Positions 50,196 to 50,603 of a stretch of 50,603 nt of DNA are shown piece by piece. The position numbers were made by a program, and so were the translations under genes. Numbering within the stretch: the first letter of the stretch is position 1; every line of letters begins with the position of its first letter. The stretch spans positions 1 to 50,603 of the forward strand of contig CALXME010000004.1 in the NCBI GenBank assembly GCA_944389395.1, read 5' to 3'. The DNA comes from an uncultured Clostridia bacterium (GTDB lineage Bacteria; Bacillota; Clostridia; TANB77; CAG-508). Under the pieces are notes generated by a model, which was not told where the DNA came from, did no database searches, and saw nothing but the letters and a program-made list of their open reading frames with translations.

Positions 50196-50603
50196 AAAAG
50201 CGAAAATCCAAAATAAGCTAATTTTATTTTTTATTTATATAATTTTATATTAAAAAAATAAATAAAATAAAATGGAAAATAATAAAAAATAGAAAAAATT
50301 AGAATAAATTAGAAAAAAAAAGAATAAAAAAGAAAAAAATAGTTTATAAATTGTGGAAAATAAAAATAAAAACAAATAAAAAAAGAATAAATAAAAAAAT
50401 ATATATTAAATAATTAATAATTAAATAAAAATAAATATTAGAAAATAAAAAAATAGGATAAAAAATAAATAATAAAATAAAAAAATAAAAAATAAATAAA
50501 TAAAAATAGAAATAAAAAGAAAAACAAAAAGCGAAAATCCAAAATAAGCTAATTTTATTTTTTATTTATATAATTTTATATTAAAAAAATAAATAAAATA
50601 AAA
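50196..50603. repeat. 77-bp direct repeat in an A-rich non-coding tract
   Basis: aaaagcgaaaatccaaaataagctaattttatttttt...aaataaaataaaa at 50196-50272 and 50527-50603 (offset 331). Confidence 0.85.

Overview
Very AT-rich chromosomal segment of a spore-forming, low-GC Clostridia-like bacterium spanning the replication origin. The right third is the canonical origin cluster (parB-parA-rsmG-mnmG-mnmE-jag-yidC-yidD-rnpA-rpmH | dnaA-oriC-dnaN) with DnaA boxes and DnaA-trios. The left third holds housekeeping and sporulation genes (phosphomutase, UDPGP-family uridylyltransferase, spoIIR, murA, rlmH, spmAB, abrB, rsmI, a GerMN protein, a CoA-activase fusion). Between them, next to two tRNA-Ser genes and a decayed DUF6922/AbiEii-type TA pair, lies a ~19 kb minus-strand type-IV-secretion-like locus. 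It has three VirB2/TrbC-like pilins, PrgI-like, VirB4 and VirB6-like genes, a 1866-aa protein with six or seven cell-wall-hydrolase domains and an Ig/dockerin surface protein, but no recognisable relaxase, coupling protein or integrase. The two strongest signals are (1) this apparently non-conjugative T4SS-like machine and (2) two genes (mnmE and the virB6-like gene) that break frame by +1 exactly at an in-frame CGG codon (NCA-C-GGN). By my manual scan CGG is otherwise absent in frame from the recognised genes, which suggests CGG-triggered +1 frameshifting, although assembly error is not excluded.
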